Source: Ptychomitrium polyphyllum (Eukaryota). Taken from it: DNA of 64,000 nt. Of this stretch, positions 27,495-40,664 are shown piece after piece (the stretch's first letter is position 1; each line of letters opens with the position of its first letter). Below the pieces are notes generated by a model. That model had not been told where the DNA came from and did no database searches. It was given only the letters and a program-made list of their open reading frames with translations. Where the stretch lies: NCBI GenBank assembly GCA_973851085.1, contig OZ316776.1, forward strand, positions 1,922,001-1,986,000, given 5' to 3'. Position numbers and translations under genes: made by a program.

Positions 27495-28970
27495 AAGCTG
27501 AAAATATGTACTATGTCGTACTATCTAGGATCTAAGTAGATAGCGCTGTACGCATGATGCTTTCCCAAATGTGTGAATGGTACAGACACAGATGATTGTG
27601 TTTGGACCACTTGGCTGCTGGGTGAGCTGCCTGGAGTGCTGAGTTGTAACCAGTAAGACACATTTGTTGAGACTTACCATAATACTGCCGTAGATTGACA
27701 TTTAGAATTATACTAGTTGGACTCCACTTATGGCTGAATTGCAGCTAGTTGCTAATCAACTTGTGCACCTGCAAACAGGCGCGTGTTCCTGTACAAAGTG
27801 AGATACAACAAGCGAGTAAATTGGTATTCCCTCTAATGGGAACCTATTTTTGCCTGATGTTTTCTTGCGCTTCACTTCTTCAGTGTATCAGATAATATCA
27901 TCAGAGTTTTGATCAGTTTTTGAGATATGAGATGGGAGCCTAACCTTCTGTACCCGAGATTATCCTTAAGAATGACCACGCGAATATCCAGTCTTTACCG
28001 TGCATAGTTACTGTGACTCGACAGCTTTGAGCAAAAGACAGACTCGTACTTTAGATTTTATCTCTCTGTGGCTATGAACGATTATCTCTTTCAAATATCC
28101 GAATTCAAAGAAAATTCAGGTGACATTCCCATTGCTTTAGAGCTGTAACGTCCAGGAAACCAGACATGTTGATACCACACATTTGAGCAGTCTCCTTTAA
28201 ATCTGACAGTTATAAGGTTGAGCACAGGATTGCATTTCAAGTCCTGCCGAGTAGACCCCGGAAATATGACACTGCAGACTCTGATTTGAAGGCCTATATG
28301 GCTTTTGCAGGGCCTTGGCAGACAGTCACACTCTTGATTCCGACGTTGCTTTATTTTGTAGCTCAAAAATGAAATAGGTTCTTACCCACAGCAAGAAGCT
28401 GAGAGCCTCGGATCACATTTGCTACTGTAAACAAGTCAACTACGCTTAAAAAAGTTAATGTATTTAACATTAATTCCATCTATGCACATATTTCACAAGT
28501 GACATCAAAGGACTGTTGAATCTAGCATTTTTCGATTGCGTTGAGGCAGCAACCTTACTGTCTTTATTTAAGCCTATTGGGTTCCAACAGAAGCCATGTG
28601 TACATGCAGAGACTGGAACCTATTATCAATTTTGAAAGATTCAAATTTTACAGCCAAATGGAAATAGAAGTTTGACACGATGAATGATGCGTCCAGATGC
28701 TTAATCTGAGTCCTCCAAGCTTGCAGATTGAGTTGTGAAACGTGTCCCCGCTCCTTGTGGAAGGAGACGGATATAAAGGATAAGTAAAGTTACATGAGTC
28801 CAGAACACGAGTGTCATATGTCCCACTTTAAGCCCAACTTTTTGGATTATTAAGTATCTCCCCCGGGCAACCCATATTTCATCACCCTGTTCTGATCGAC
28901 GCACTCACGCTCGATTAGTTAATACAACTCTAGACTGCTCTTCCCAATTTCGTGGTTTGATTCATCAGTA

Positions 28971-29354
28971 ATGGCACCTATGTCACGAGCTCTGCTCCTG
29001 TTGGCGCTCACTGCAGCGATGGTATGCCTAGTTGCGGCCCGTCCTATGGAGGATTCAGCATCGGTGGCCGAGTGCGGCGACCAAGCTGCCGGAGCCGTGT
29101 GCTTGTTCGGTGCTTGCTGCAGCAAGAACGGGTTTTGTGGAAAAGGAGACGAGTGCGGTGACGGGTGCCAGAGCGGGCCATGCAAGAAGGTGAAGTCATC
29201 GATACCCGAGTGTGGAAAGCAAGCATACGATGCGGAGTGCTGGCTGCGCTCTTTGTGCTGCAGCGCGGAAGGCATGTGCGGCATCGGGGATGAGTACTGT
29301 GGAAATGGCTGTCAGGGCGGCTCTTGCTACCGCAGTCCCTTTAATCTGGAATAG
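28971..29354 (+). CDS. Secreted intronless protein with two tandem hevein-like (CBM18) domains, 127 aa
   Basis: Hydrophobic signal peptide (RALLLLALTAAMVCLVAA). Two 8-Cys repeats: CGDQ..C....CCSKNGFCGKGDECGDGCQSGPC and CGKQ..C.....CCSAEGMCGIGDEYCGNGCQGGSC. No catalytic domain. Confidence 0.9.
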   Translation: MAPMSRALLLLALTAAMVCLVAARPMEDSASVAECGDQAAGAVCLFGACCSKNGFCGKGDECGDGCQSGPCKKVKSSIPECGKQAYDAECWLRSLCCSAEGMCGIGDEYCGNGCQGGSCYRSPFNLE

Positions 29355-32300
29355 ACCACCCCCTTGTCCCCAAATCATGGCTCCGCGTTCAATCTAACTC
29401 GACGCTGAATTTGGTGTTCTGCACACCGGTTTGAATTTGGACACTTTTATGCGAGTGCTGTATTATTGAGAACCTTGCATTTGAATAGCTGGAATAATAC
29501 TGCGTCCTCGAATTGAGGCTCTCTTTGTTATCAATTGCAGAGTGTACTTTTCTTGTATTGTAATTACAGTGATAGGATTGCTCTGTTTCTGTGATTGATT
29601 TCGTTCTGGCTCAACTTTGATTGAATTTCATATCCACCTGATGGTTTTGAAGATGAGTGAGAATTGCTCTAGTATTGATTCTCTTTTAGTATCGACTTTG
29701 AATTCTCCTTGATGTCGTTTTCAATCAATGCTTTCATATTGATTCTTTTCAGTACAGTGGTAAGGAATTACTTATCAAACCACGTAAGGAGGGTTGATGT
29801 ATTTGAGAGGAAGCAGTGCGTTAGCCTGAGTCGATATACCAAATTAATCAGCATTTTGCACAGCTAACGAGGTTGTATGTCATCGCTAGCAATCACCTGC
29901 ATTCGGTAAACAAAAATGCACTTGAATGCTGCTGTGTTAGCCTACTCAGTTGTTCCTCCAACCGAATTACCGCACTGATAAGTGGATACAGTCTCGGTGA
30001 ACAATTCATCTGCAATAAGAATTAGTCTCTGCACATTGGATGTTTTATAAAGTAAAATACTTGTCTTGCTGCAATTTTGTCTTTCAGTTTACATTGACAG
30101 ATAGTCTGGACTAGACTAGATCATATTCTCGAAACTGAGAAGTTATCCACCTAGGCTACATGAACATTTCAGTGTAGCCATGCAAGCTTCTTCAGCAATA
30201 GTTAAAAGTCACTTTACTGTCACCTTATGAAATAATTGTTACTTCTGTTCTTTGGAAATTCATCTCGGGTCTTACGAACAATCTCCAGCATTACACTGGG
30301 TGAACATCCATTTGAACTATTCCTGAGAACAGATGAAAATTGACACAATACCACTGGAAACCTGCACAGTAGCTGCGCCATCTCACACAATTAACGTTAT
30401 CGAATGGTGATACTTCATTCACCATACAAAGCCATCTTCTCTGTAGACAAAATATATATTGATATAAAGTGAATATGCGTAGCTCTCCGCTTTAATGGCA
30501 TTGTTGATGAGCAGTCACAAGTGACAAATTCCAAATTCACAAGTTCCCCGTGGGCATGAACTTTAAAATGAATGATGGCTGGTACAGTAATTTAGAAGAT
30601 GTCCTTTCGACATTGTACAAGGATGGTGAGATGCCGAGATTTTTGAAGGACAATTCCATGGGCATCAAAAAGCACACTACATATATATTGTGCAGTAAGC
30701 TTAGTCTTCCAAATTCCAGCTTTGTTAAGTAGATACTGGTCAGCGAGACTAACCATTTCAGAATAAAGATGACAACTTGAAGATTGCAGCCGCAACGGAT
30801 TCTCTCCTAGCATTCCTGTCGGCTACGAGATAGATAAGTTTACGAAATGAAGACATTATTGCCTCAAGCGCCTCCGGTGTAGTGGTCGATTAAGGTTTTG
30901 GCGATGGGTGTTGCGGTGGTTCTGTTGTTGGAGTTTGAGGGTGCAGAAGTTGAAGGCAAATCGGAGAGTGGAAGGGCGATGGCGGGCGAGAGGATAAGGA
31001 ATTTTGAGTTTCTTCGACGTGGTGGATGATACAGCCAACAAAGCGAAGGCGACGACAATGGAGGTTTTGTGCTCAACTTTCATACCAACAAGTTGGTCTG
31101 TGCAAAGTATTCTGAGATCTCACTTTTCGCCGTGTTTGGTTCTCCGCCCTACTTGATGCTGAACGTGAAAGTTTTCTCCTTTTTATCAAAAATAGAGAGT
31201 TCAGGAATAATTTCTGCAAAAGTATTAGATTTTGCAAATGTGGTGAATTGAAGTAATAGTTTTTGCACAGAGAATAGATTTGGATGTCCTGGCCCTCTTT
31301 GGAAAGTTCCTCATTTGTAATTTTGCAACGTAAATTCATCAATAGGTAGCTTTTTAGTATTTCTTTTGTAATCTCTGATGGTGAGAAGAATTCTATCGTC
31401 TGTAAGTGCTTGCTTTTAAAATGAAGCTTCTGAGACATGTGTAGGTACGTGACATTTTAATTTTGTATGCTAACCACGATTTGAGTGCTGATAATTAGGA
31501 AGAACTGTATCGTATGAAAGTAGAATATTAAAAGGAAAGCTTCTCTTATTGGAGTCTGTGATTGAGGTTTGAGCAAATCTTGGGTCCTGTGTGCATTTGT
31601 TGGTGTCTACTTGGGCTAGTGCAGTTTCTTCTTCGTTTCGATTGCCGGCAGAATTAGAGTTGAGCATAGAAGATGGGAACTAGCACGTCAAAGAGCTTGT
31701 GGAACGCGAAAATACTCGATAAGTGAGAGCTGGAAAGTGTACAATATAGGCGAACAAGATATTGATGTGTCAACTTTGCTGTATATTTTGGATTGGGTTC
31801 TAATGTAGGATTTGCAATGATCAACATTCTTTGAGTATTCCTAATGCTTGGTCTCTTCTACAGCGTTGTGGAAGTGCTGCACCTTGTGCTTGACAAAGTA
31901 CTTGGCAGAAAGGGCCAACTACCATCTGGAGACCTGCCAAAGGTGGGATTTCCTTCGTTTAAGTCCTCTCTCCAAAACCAAATTGCTGCTTGAGTTTAGA
32001 TTATCACTGCTGTGAAGGTCGACGTGCTTGGATGCTCTTTCATACTTGGATATTTTGAACTGCGCGTAATAGATGGGCATTAATGCTCACCCTACCCTCA
32101 ACAAGGATATAAGATTGAGTATGCGATTCTGTAATGAAGGTGTAGACGTTAGTTTTGGGCTTGCCTCGTACCATCACAAACATTTGTTCAAGAATCTGCA
32201 TCCTCCATCATGGTTGCTCTCTGTAGATATTTAACTACAGTGGGACGTTTTTGGAATCCAACTTGTACCTGTAAGGAACATGGTCAATGTACTCGTATTC

Positions 32301-33064
32301 TTTCAATGCTGTGAAATCTGTCATCGTGAAATCACAATCTTCAGTTGTATATTCTGTACGAGTGTACTTGCTCGAAAAACTGTGAAATTTCTGATTCACA
32401 GATTCTGATGTCTTCACAGCATGATCAAATCTAGTAGTTAAGCTATCGGCTTTTTTAGAATCAAAACAAATTTGTTTCATCAGCTCAACCTTGGCAAGCT
32501 GCCCCATTGCTGAATGAGCAAGACGCTACCCACTATGACCATGCGAAGTGAGTTTGTCCAACTAAAAGCTCTTCTCTAATTGGATTGGAGGGCATTAGGC
32601 ATAATCAATTGGACAAGAAGCGAAGTCACTTGAATAATGAAGAAAAACCCCTTTACTACAACAACACAATGTCACCTAGCTTATTTTGGAACTCACCACT
32701 ACTAGAATGCGGTCGCACAGCGTGACGACGTCATTTATCGTTTCACAGATTCCCTAAACTTAAATGTTGATACATGACAGGCAACATCGCTTTTGTGTCC
32801 AGTAACGGTGCACTCTCACAATGCTTCGAATCCCAATATCACAACGCAGTGCTCACGCCGCACTTAGCTTCTCCGTCATTGCTTTGCTCCCACGCCCACT
32901 TGAGGCCCAATCGCAACTCCCGGCCTCGATGCCCTCCGCTCCGCTCACTCACAAGCCAATTACTTTGCAAAACCGTCACTGCTCCCAAAAACCAGCACCG
33001 TCTAGCGAGGACTTGCAATTCACTTCACATAATCAACACTTGTCGTAGATGGAACGGTTTCATA

Positions 33065-33190
33065 TGCAGTAACGAACCGTCACTGCACGTAGTCTAGGCA
33101 TTATCTACGAAAGCTTTATTTGTTAGGTGTAAAGTATACGATGATGGTAGATGATGTCTGTTTTGGATCCAGTGACGGTATGTGGATGTA
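33065..33190 (+). ncRNA. Candidate structured RNA / pre-miRNA-like foldback
   Basis: accgtcactg (33076-33085) pairs with cagtgacggt (33170-33179); taggcattatctac (33095-33108) pairs with gtagatgatgtctg (33147-33160); outer pairing extends to 33065/33190, all in one register. Confidence 0.4.
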
Positions 33191-34388
33191 GACCACCGTG
33201 AGAAGCACTGACCCGAGCTTAGTGCTGTTTTTCGGAAGAGCTCTCATGCATTTGAGTTTTGCAATATTGCCAGTATAGAATCTTGCAGGCCATCGCTGGA
33301 GTGGGCTATGGTGGCTTATGCCTTCGGTTTTCTTTTGGCTATCATTTGGGTGGGCTTTGGGAATTTCGCGATGTAGCAGCTGTGGGAGATTGTTGAGTCG
33401 CGAAGCGGATTCTTGCGGCTACCATTTTGAGGTGAATCTCCTTGATTGAGGTTTTCTGTTGTTTGGGGTTTTTCTGTGGTTACTTATGAGTGAGTGAAAG
33501 TTTTGCTTTTAGGGTGTAGTGGAGTATGTGGGTTCTCGTCTTGGTGAATTGTTGTTGATTTGCATGAGAGGGTTAGATCCTAGATATGCTGAAAATTGAT
33601 ATGGATAGGTTTGCATAAACTCATACACTGGGTACAGTAAAGGCTCTCAATGCAAGGTCTTTGTTCGACTTTGTTTCTGTTTGTGACCATTGCTTTTGCA
33701 TTACCACCTTATCTCTTTTAGTGCGTGGTGATTCGAAGTAAGAAAGTTTGTATCATGCAGAATATCACGCATGATGAAGCACACATACTAGTGATACAAG
33801 GAATATTGCATAAGGGTACAGCTTCTGCTTTCAAGATGCTAAGACGAATTTAGTGGTCAACAGAATGTGCAATGTGAATTATGCTTTGCTGTGGTTAAGG
33901 TCACGAGCATGGTGGGTAGTTAATGCAAGTCATGGTTTTGAATTGTAGAAATGCAAGCTGCCCACTTCAGCCATAATTTATTTTGCTACAGGCTGAAGTG
34001 ACAAAAACAAAAATCAAATTTACTACTAAATTTGTTGGTAAGAACTACCTTTGAAGAAACAAATAAAGAAACAGAGCTCCAAAACACCATCATCAACTTA
34101 TATTTTCAAAAATTTGTACATGAAACATTGCAATCTAAGATTTTTTATATGCAACGTAGATTGTTTGTATGAGACTGTCAAGTTGAAGCACGCTCGGTGC
34201 CCTTCTGTTTTCCTATCATTTTCGTCCGTTCAAAAGTAGGTTAACAGCCGATTTCTTTAGAAGTTGATAATCACAAGGTAGTTCATGAATGGAAAATGGC
34301 GGCAAGCCTGTCCCAAGAAACAGACTATGTTGCCGTCCCATCCAATCCCAAAATATTGATGGATCTCGGTAAAACTGCTCTGTCCAGT

Positions 34389-34873
34389 CTAGAAGTACTC
34401 TGCCTGTTTCTGGCTGGTTTCTTGCTGCAAACACAAAGTTTAAATTATTGGAGCTTCCAGGAGACATGTTTTTAAAATCTGTTTTTGATACACACCCGAG
34501 TTAACACATTCACGAGCAACGTGTTGATTTAACAGAACTGCTTTAGCAAAACTTGGTGTTGCAAGGAAATAACTAACAACAGGGTTTGTAGGTTTTTGAA
34601 CCTCGAAGGCAGCTTTGAGCTGGTCTAGCTCTTTTGTCAAATCAGTGATGGCCATGTTATAAGCCTGCATTGGCGATGATTGACTATTTGTTTGAATCTG
34701 TGTCAACATGAACATTATGTTAAACTCATAAAAAATTTAGTTGGCTCCCCGGTTGTATCAATGACATTGCACTTGAGTAAGAATTTTACTCAAAACACAA
34801 ATGGAATCCCACAGGGAGGAATTATTGATTTATTCAAAATCCCACCTCCAGACCTTCTACTACTACTACTACT

Positions 34874-34921
<48 letters not shown>

Positions 34922-35734
34922 TAATAACAATAATATTTTTATCATTATCTCAATTTTATGATATGTTAAATTATGTTGTATTGTATTATATTATGATAAT
35001 CATCATCATCGATAATCAAAGGTGCTGTGTTAAATTTAGTACCTCTAATTTAAAAACCCCAAATTTGGCAGACTTCGACAGAACAAGGAAATAGGTGAAA
35101 CGTCTCACCTTGACCACAACCCTGTATTGAAGTGGGTGAGGCAGTTTGTAACCAGCAAACAAAACATTTGGGTCACGGTGCAGCTGCCTGCTCTTGCACC
35201 AAATTCACAAGAAGTCCCCTTACAAAAGAACAAAGAACACGATCCCGTTACAAGATAAAACAACAGCTCTACAGTTGTTGCACGAAAGTTTACTGAGGGT
35301 GTGCTCCGGACAGAATCAATGAACTCAAAGACAAGTTTCAAAACACAACATACCAAGGTCCACTAAACCCGAAACCCTAACAACAATTCCCTGCCAAGAT
35401 TGAAAGAATCGTTCTCAAGAATCCTCAGTCACAAAGGGGTTCATACATGCGGAGGACGTTGCCGATGGTGTGATCCTCCCGCTCCAGAGTGAAGGTGGCA
35501 GCATTCATAACCTTCATGTCCCTTTCGTAAGCCACCCTGCATGCATGCAACATCAACGGCACCGTTAAACCCTCACACGTGAAACAATGCATGGATGGAT
35601 ACGTGGAGAAAGGCAAAGGCCCAACGTCTCTCAACTTTCAAAGAAAAGACGAAAATACTGATGGAGGTGGCGACTGCTCACTTTTTCCTGCCATCGGGCA
35701 CCACGAAACGCTCATACCGATCTGGAGCGTTCAT
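34389..35734 (-). CDS. NRPB11: DNA-directed RNA polymerase II (shared with IV/V) subunit 11, 117 aa, 5 exons
   Basis: Exons 35734-35682, 35536-35447, 35187-35109, 34697-34602 and 34424-34389 splice in frame to [117 protein letters not shown]. Confidence 0.97.
34858..34920. repeat. Compound (TAC)n(AAC)n microsatellite in RPB11 intron 3
   Basis: About 6 TAC units followed by about 15 AAC units, read directly. Confidence 0.95.
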
Positions 35735-35850
35735 CTTGGCAGGCGACTGATAGACGTGAACCTTGTTTATTTTTAACGTAGTCTTCACCTGAGAAGGTTA
35801 TTCGTCACTGCAAGAGTGCTCCTCAGCAGGTGCACGAAATGCATGCATGT

Positions 35851-35859
35851 AAGCTACAA
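35851..35859. promoter_or_regulatory. Telo-box (AAACCCTAA) upstream of RPB11
   Basis: aaaccctaa ~120 bp upstream of the ATG, with a second copy in intron 2 (~35372); CACGTG at 36011 and a GCCCA site-II-like motif at ~36048. Function is inferred. Confidence 0.45.
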
Positions 35860-36199
35860 CAAGGAGGCAGTGAAGGAGGCCAGAAATGCAACCAGTGCAG
35901 TCGTACCTCCAAACCCTAAAACTCTCGCTCTCGCAGCGGCGCCATCAATCGAGGCCACTGCATGCACTGAGCTGGCAGCGCCATGCACGATCATCGTGGC
36001 CGTCCCTTGTCACGTGAAAATAATAACCACAAACTGTACCTTACGGAGCCCATAACCAAGAGGGGTCCCAATGCCGTGACCAGGCTAAATCCTCATCGAA
36101 GGCACATGTTTAGAGTCTAGTGAATAAGGAGAATGCATTGCTCTTGGCAGTGAGGCTTTTGTACTCCTGGTGCTGAAAGGAATGTTTGCTTTAGTGAAG

Positions 36200-39100
36200 C
36201 CATGATAAAAAAAAGTCACCATATTCATTAAGTTGAGGTATTTTAGAGTTTCAATTTATGGCATTTTAGACCTTTAAAAGATTAAAGATGGGAGTTTCAA
36301 AAAGTGTATTTTGTCTTACTATAACAAATATGAACATGAAAGAAGAGCATTATTTAAGCTTTAATAGTACTATTTTCTATGGATAATGACTTTTGAATTG
36401 TTTTGTAGTGATTTGGCATGTGAGATCTTAATAAAGAATTGAATGGCTTTGGTAGTTAAAACTCAAAAGTAGTTAGACATTTATGTTATTCCTTTAAGGT
36501 TACAACAAGGAGAACTTGAAATATGAATAAAATTAAGTACCTCATTTAATCAATGATAATTATGTTTTCATCCATGATTTTAAAATTTGTATGTTAACTA
36601 TTCGTAAGGTCTATAATTTTGATCTTAAATGAATAAATTTGGAATTTAAAAAGTTGCATTATTCATAAGTTTATGCCTTTAAGACTTTTTAAAGTTACAA
36701 AAATACCTTCAAAAAGATGAGCACAAATATTAAAATCTAAATTGTTATTAAATTATCAAAACAAAATTTATTATTCTAAATTGACACAAAGATATCAATA
36801 ATAGAAATTTTTGATACCAAATATACAAATATAATCTACATATTAATATATACAATTTTTTTGAATTATGATCTTATTTTAAGCTAATTATTAATCATTT
36901 TAAACCATATTATTTTTGAAATATGCTCATTCCATTGAGTTTATCTTTAAAATTTACTCAATACATCCACTTTCTAAATACCAAAAGAACTCCTTTACTT
37001 AATTCATAAAATTGTGTATTTAATATTTTTACTATTAATTTCAAAATTCTTTCATGATTGTATGTTTGTTGTTGATTATTTAAATTGTGAAGATATCCTA
37101 ATATTGAATGCTTGGATTTTTACAATTGATGATTTAAAATTGTTTGAAATTAAAACCTAATACAAAAAACGGCCTTGTAAAAATGAGTTTTTAGATTTAA
37201 AAATACACAAGTTCCAAATTAAATCAATGCAATTTTAGCAAATTCCTCTAAAAATTGATTGATACTCTTTTTGCAGCTAATTTTAAAAAGAAAACTGAAA
37301 TGTCAGTTCTAGATTTTTTTAATTCAGTTCTAGTTCAGTTCTAGACAAATGTTGTAGATCTAATAAAAAAAATATCATTTAAAGTTTGAAATTTTCACTT
37401 TTATTGCACATCAACTCTAGATTATTCTTACAAGGTGGTATTTATAATGAATCTTGCAAATGTTTGAAATAAAAAGATGAAGCTAGGCAATTGATAAATT
37501 AAGGCTTATATACCCTAATTTTTGCCAAGTTTGAAATTTTGTCAAGTTCTATCTAATTTTGGAAAAAATCGTCTTTATTGTAAATGAGTTTTTTTAAGAA
37601 TATATATTGTGGATAAGAAAAGAAAAGTGAATTCTACACCAATTGATCATCTTTCAAACAAAGCAAAATTTATACACGAACTAGTATGTAAATCATCTGG
37701 ACTCCGAATATTGTTAATGCAATTAAAGATTTTCAAGTTTTCTTTGAAATAACTTGACATTCAATTGTTTTGCAGATTTTATTAAACAAAAAAAAAAAGA
37801 ATTGAATCAAAATATTAAATGTTATGTTCTTAAATTAATATTAAAATTTATGACTGTATTAACATTTAAATAATGAAAAAGCTAAAACTGCATATATAGT
37901 AAAATACAAAACTTCACACATTATAAATTAATTATACATATATTTTCATAAATGTTTCATTCCCTTCAGAACATTATCTTGAAGAATTCATAACAAAAAG
38001 TGGATATTTAAATTAAAATATTTACATATTAAAAAATTGATGTTAATAAGTTAATGCTTTAATGCTTTTAAGCTTCAAAATTATGGTTTTTTTTGTTTAT
38101 GAGTAATTTTTTAATCTACCAAAAATTTATTGAATTTAACAATAAATTTAAAATCTTAATGCAACTTATATGACCATTTTCTTTGTATTTGTTTTATCAC
38201 GTACTTGAATTAGGTAGCAAAATATAGAATTCTTAAATGAACAAATGTAGATCATTAAACTTAAATATTATTTTATTCAAAGATTATAAAAAATAAAAAA
38301 TAATCAATATAACTGTATGTTTCCATACATAGTTGTCTATATTAACATTGATGCATTGACATTCAAGTTCATTGCATCATTTGGTCAATTTATTTGACTA
38401 TATAAATTTTCTTATTTTTTTTTTGATGTTTTTTTTTTTTGTACAAATATAAAAATTTTACCAACAATATCTTTGATCTTTTGAAAAAAATGTAATTTGC
38501 CTATGTTGAAACAAAGGAATGACTTCCATCCATACCTAAGTAAGTATTTGGGAGGATTAACAACTTTGTCATTACTCTTAAAAATTATTAATGCCGTCTT
38601 CAACTAAATGTTGAATAAACATTCTTTTAATGTTGTTTTTTTTTTTTGAAATTTTATAACCTTGTTTTCATCATAAACCAAGGGCGTTTAAAAAGAGAAA
38701 TGTCAATTAATTATTTAAAGTTTTTTAATAGTCACATCTACGTGGACTTATTTTATAAGTGCATAAAGGATTCAAGAATGAAATAAGGTAAAATTATCCT
38801 TAAAATTGCACAAACATACCAATATGTTTTTATGTTATTCAAATCAAAATTGATAATGCAAAAAATTGCCAAATTTATAGTATGTAATTTAAATAAGTTA
38901 TCATCTTTAAAAACCTTTAAACTTAAACAATTTCTTAATCAAAATTTGTATGTGGTTTTGATAATTAAAAGGGGTTTTTTAGTTTATGGAAACTTATGAA
39001 GAACCTTATGTTTGAAACAAAGAATTTTATATTAAAAGGCTATACATTAAATATACGTCATCTTTTGCTAATTGATCATGCATTTGTTCAATTGATGTGC

Positions 39101-39600
39101 CTTCTATTATTAAGAAATTTTGAAAAAAAAATAAAACTCTTTTTTAAGTCTTGGGTCATTATTATAAATATAAGATTATAATATTAGAACAAGTATCTAT
39201 TTAAAGAATGTGACATTCAATCTTATTTAGTGACCTTATTTAGAGCAATTCAAAGGTTTTTTTTCCAACCACAAGGTTTGATTTATAATGCAAATATAGC
39301 ATTTTGTTTTAAATACATATATCTAAAACCATATGTTATAATCTAATAAAAATTGAATTATATTCTACATGTGTTTATTTACTTGAAAACATGTTAATAA
39401 ATACAACATTATTTTTAAAATTAAAAAAAGAAAGCTTGTAAAAATGCTCATGATATGTTACAATTGGAAACTCATATTTCTATGACTGTATTAGTATCGT
39501 TTTCTATAATTTGTTTAAAATGTGCATTCCAAAGCATTTGTATTTTTAAATGTGATATTTGAGTGCTATATGTTGTACACTGTTTATTTGACTGAGTCCC
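36200..39600. other. AT-rich, CpG-poor intergenic tract, probably decayed repeat DNA
   Basis: No credible ORF, long A/T runs, few CG dinucleotides; no element termini recognised. Confidence 0.5.
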
Positions 39601-40664
39601 AATATCATGGTAGTGTGTTTTTAAACAATATGAAAGTGTCAATGATGCCCTTCACGTTTTGACATGCAAATGCAGTACTCAAATATTTGATCGGGGTCTT
39701 CAACTTGAAGGATGCAAAGACTATTTACCTAATTTGCATGCTAGACTGCAAGACCACATTAGACCCATTTCCACCAAATTCAAGGAGGACCAGGCCAGCC
39801 ACCAATCCAGACAGTCAGTCTTTAAAGTTTACATTTGCAAATGGATCGAAGTCAGAAGAACTTCACAAAACGTACAACAGCTTCAAAAAAGTTTGCACAA
39901 CTAGAGATTTTCATTAGTGCCCACTGGATGGGTAATCCTCGCTAAAAATATGCTTATCAGGTGGGGGCATGATAGGGACATGACTTTCTGTGTAACTACA
40001 CAATTGTACCATCAACCCTTATCACAGTGTTGTCAAATTGATAAAGATACATGCTTCAGTTCACAAGATGATTTTTCCCCTGAAGACTTGGTCTACTTAA
40101 AGTTGGACTTGTACTTTGTGAACACAAGGTCACATGTGTCCCTATTTTGAGTATAATCTGCAAGAAAGCCTGGATAGGAAGAGATGAGAACAAGGCCGGC
40201 CTTGACATGGAAGATTCATTCTAAGTGACGATGTTCAATCTAATCAGAAAATTGCAAGCCCATTGACAACTTAAGTTTTCACTGCCTAAGACTTGGGTGG
40301 AGAAGTTTAATGTAATCAGATGACATCGTGTAGCATATCCAGAGATGAAACTCACAGAAAAGGCACTTCGAAGGATGCAGCTGAAACGATCAAAGTGCAT
40401 TGACAAAGTCCTTGAAGCTAATCGGCAGCCTAGCATTGCGTTGATAACCTCCTCTTTGGGTAGCGCTGTGCTGTCTTCGTCGAGCGTAGAGGATTGAGCA
40501 GAACAGTCTGCTCACATCTCTAGATTATCTGTAGGAGGAGCTAGATCAATTTGAGCTTGCTAATTACAAGCTATGGTGTGGTGAATGCTGGAGCGTCAGG
40601 TTAGCGCAAGCGCTTCGGCGTTAGTAGCAGTAGATTTGATGTAGAATTAGCTGAATTGGGAGAG

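Noticed and set aside
33065..33260. H/ACA or C/D snoRNA reading of the hairpins
   Set aside because: The ANANNA is not directly after the main stem, there is no properly placed ACA, and no canonical C box.
34680..35094. Poly-Q and poly-N ORFs
   Set aside because: Translation of the intronic microsatellite.
39650..40440. Short overlapping ORFs
   Set aside because: No recognisable motif or splice-consistent gene model.
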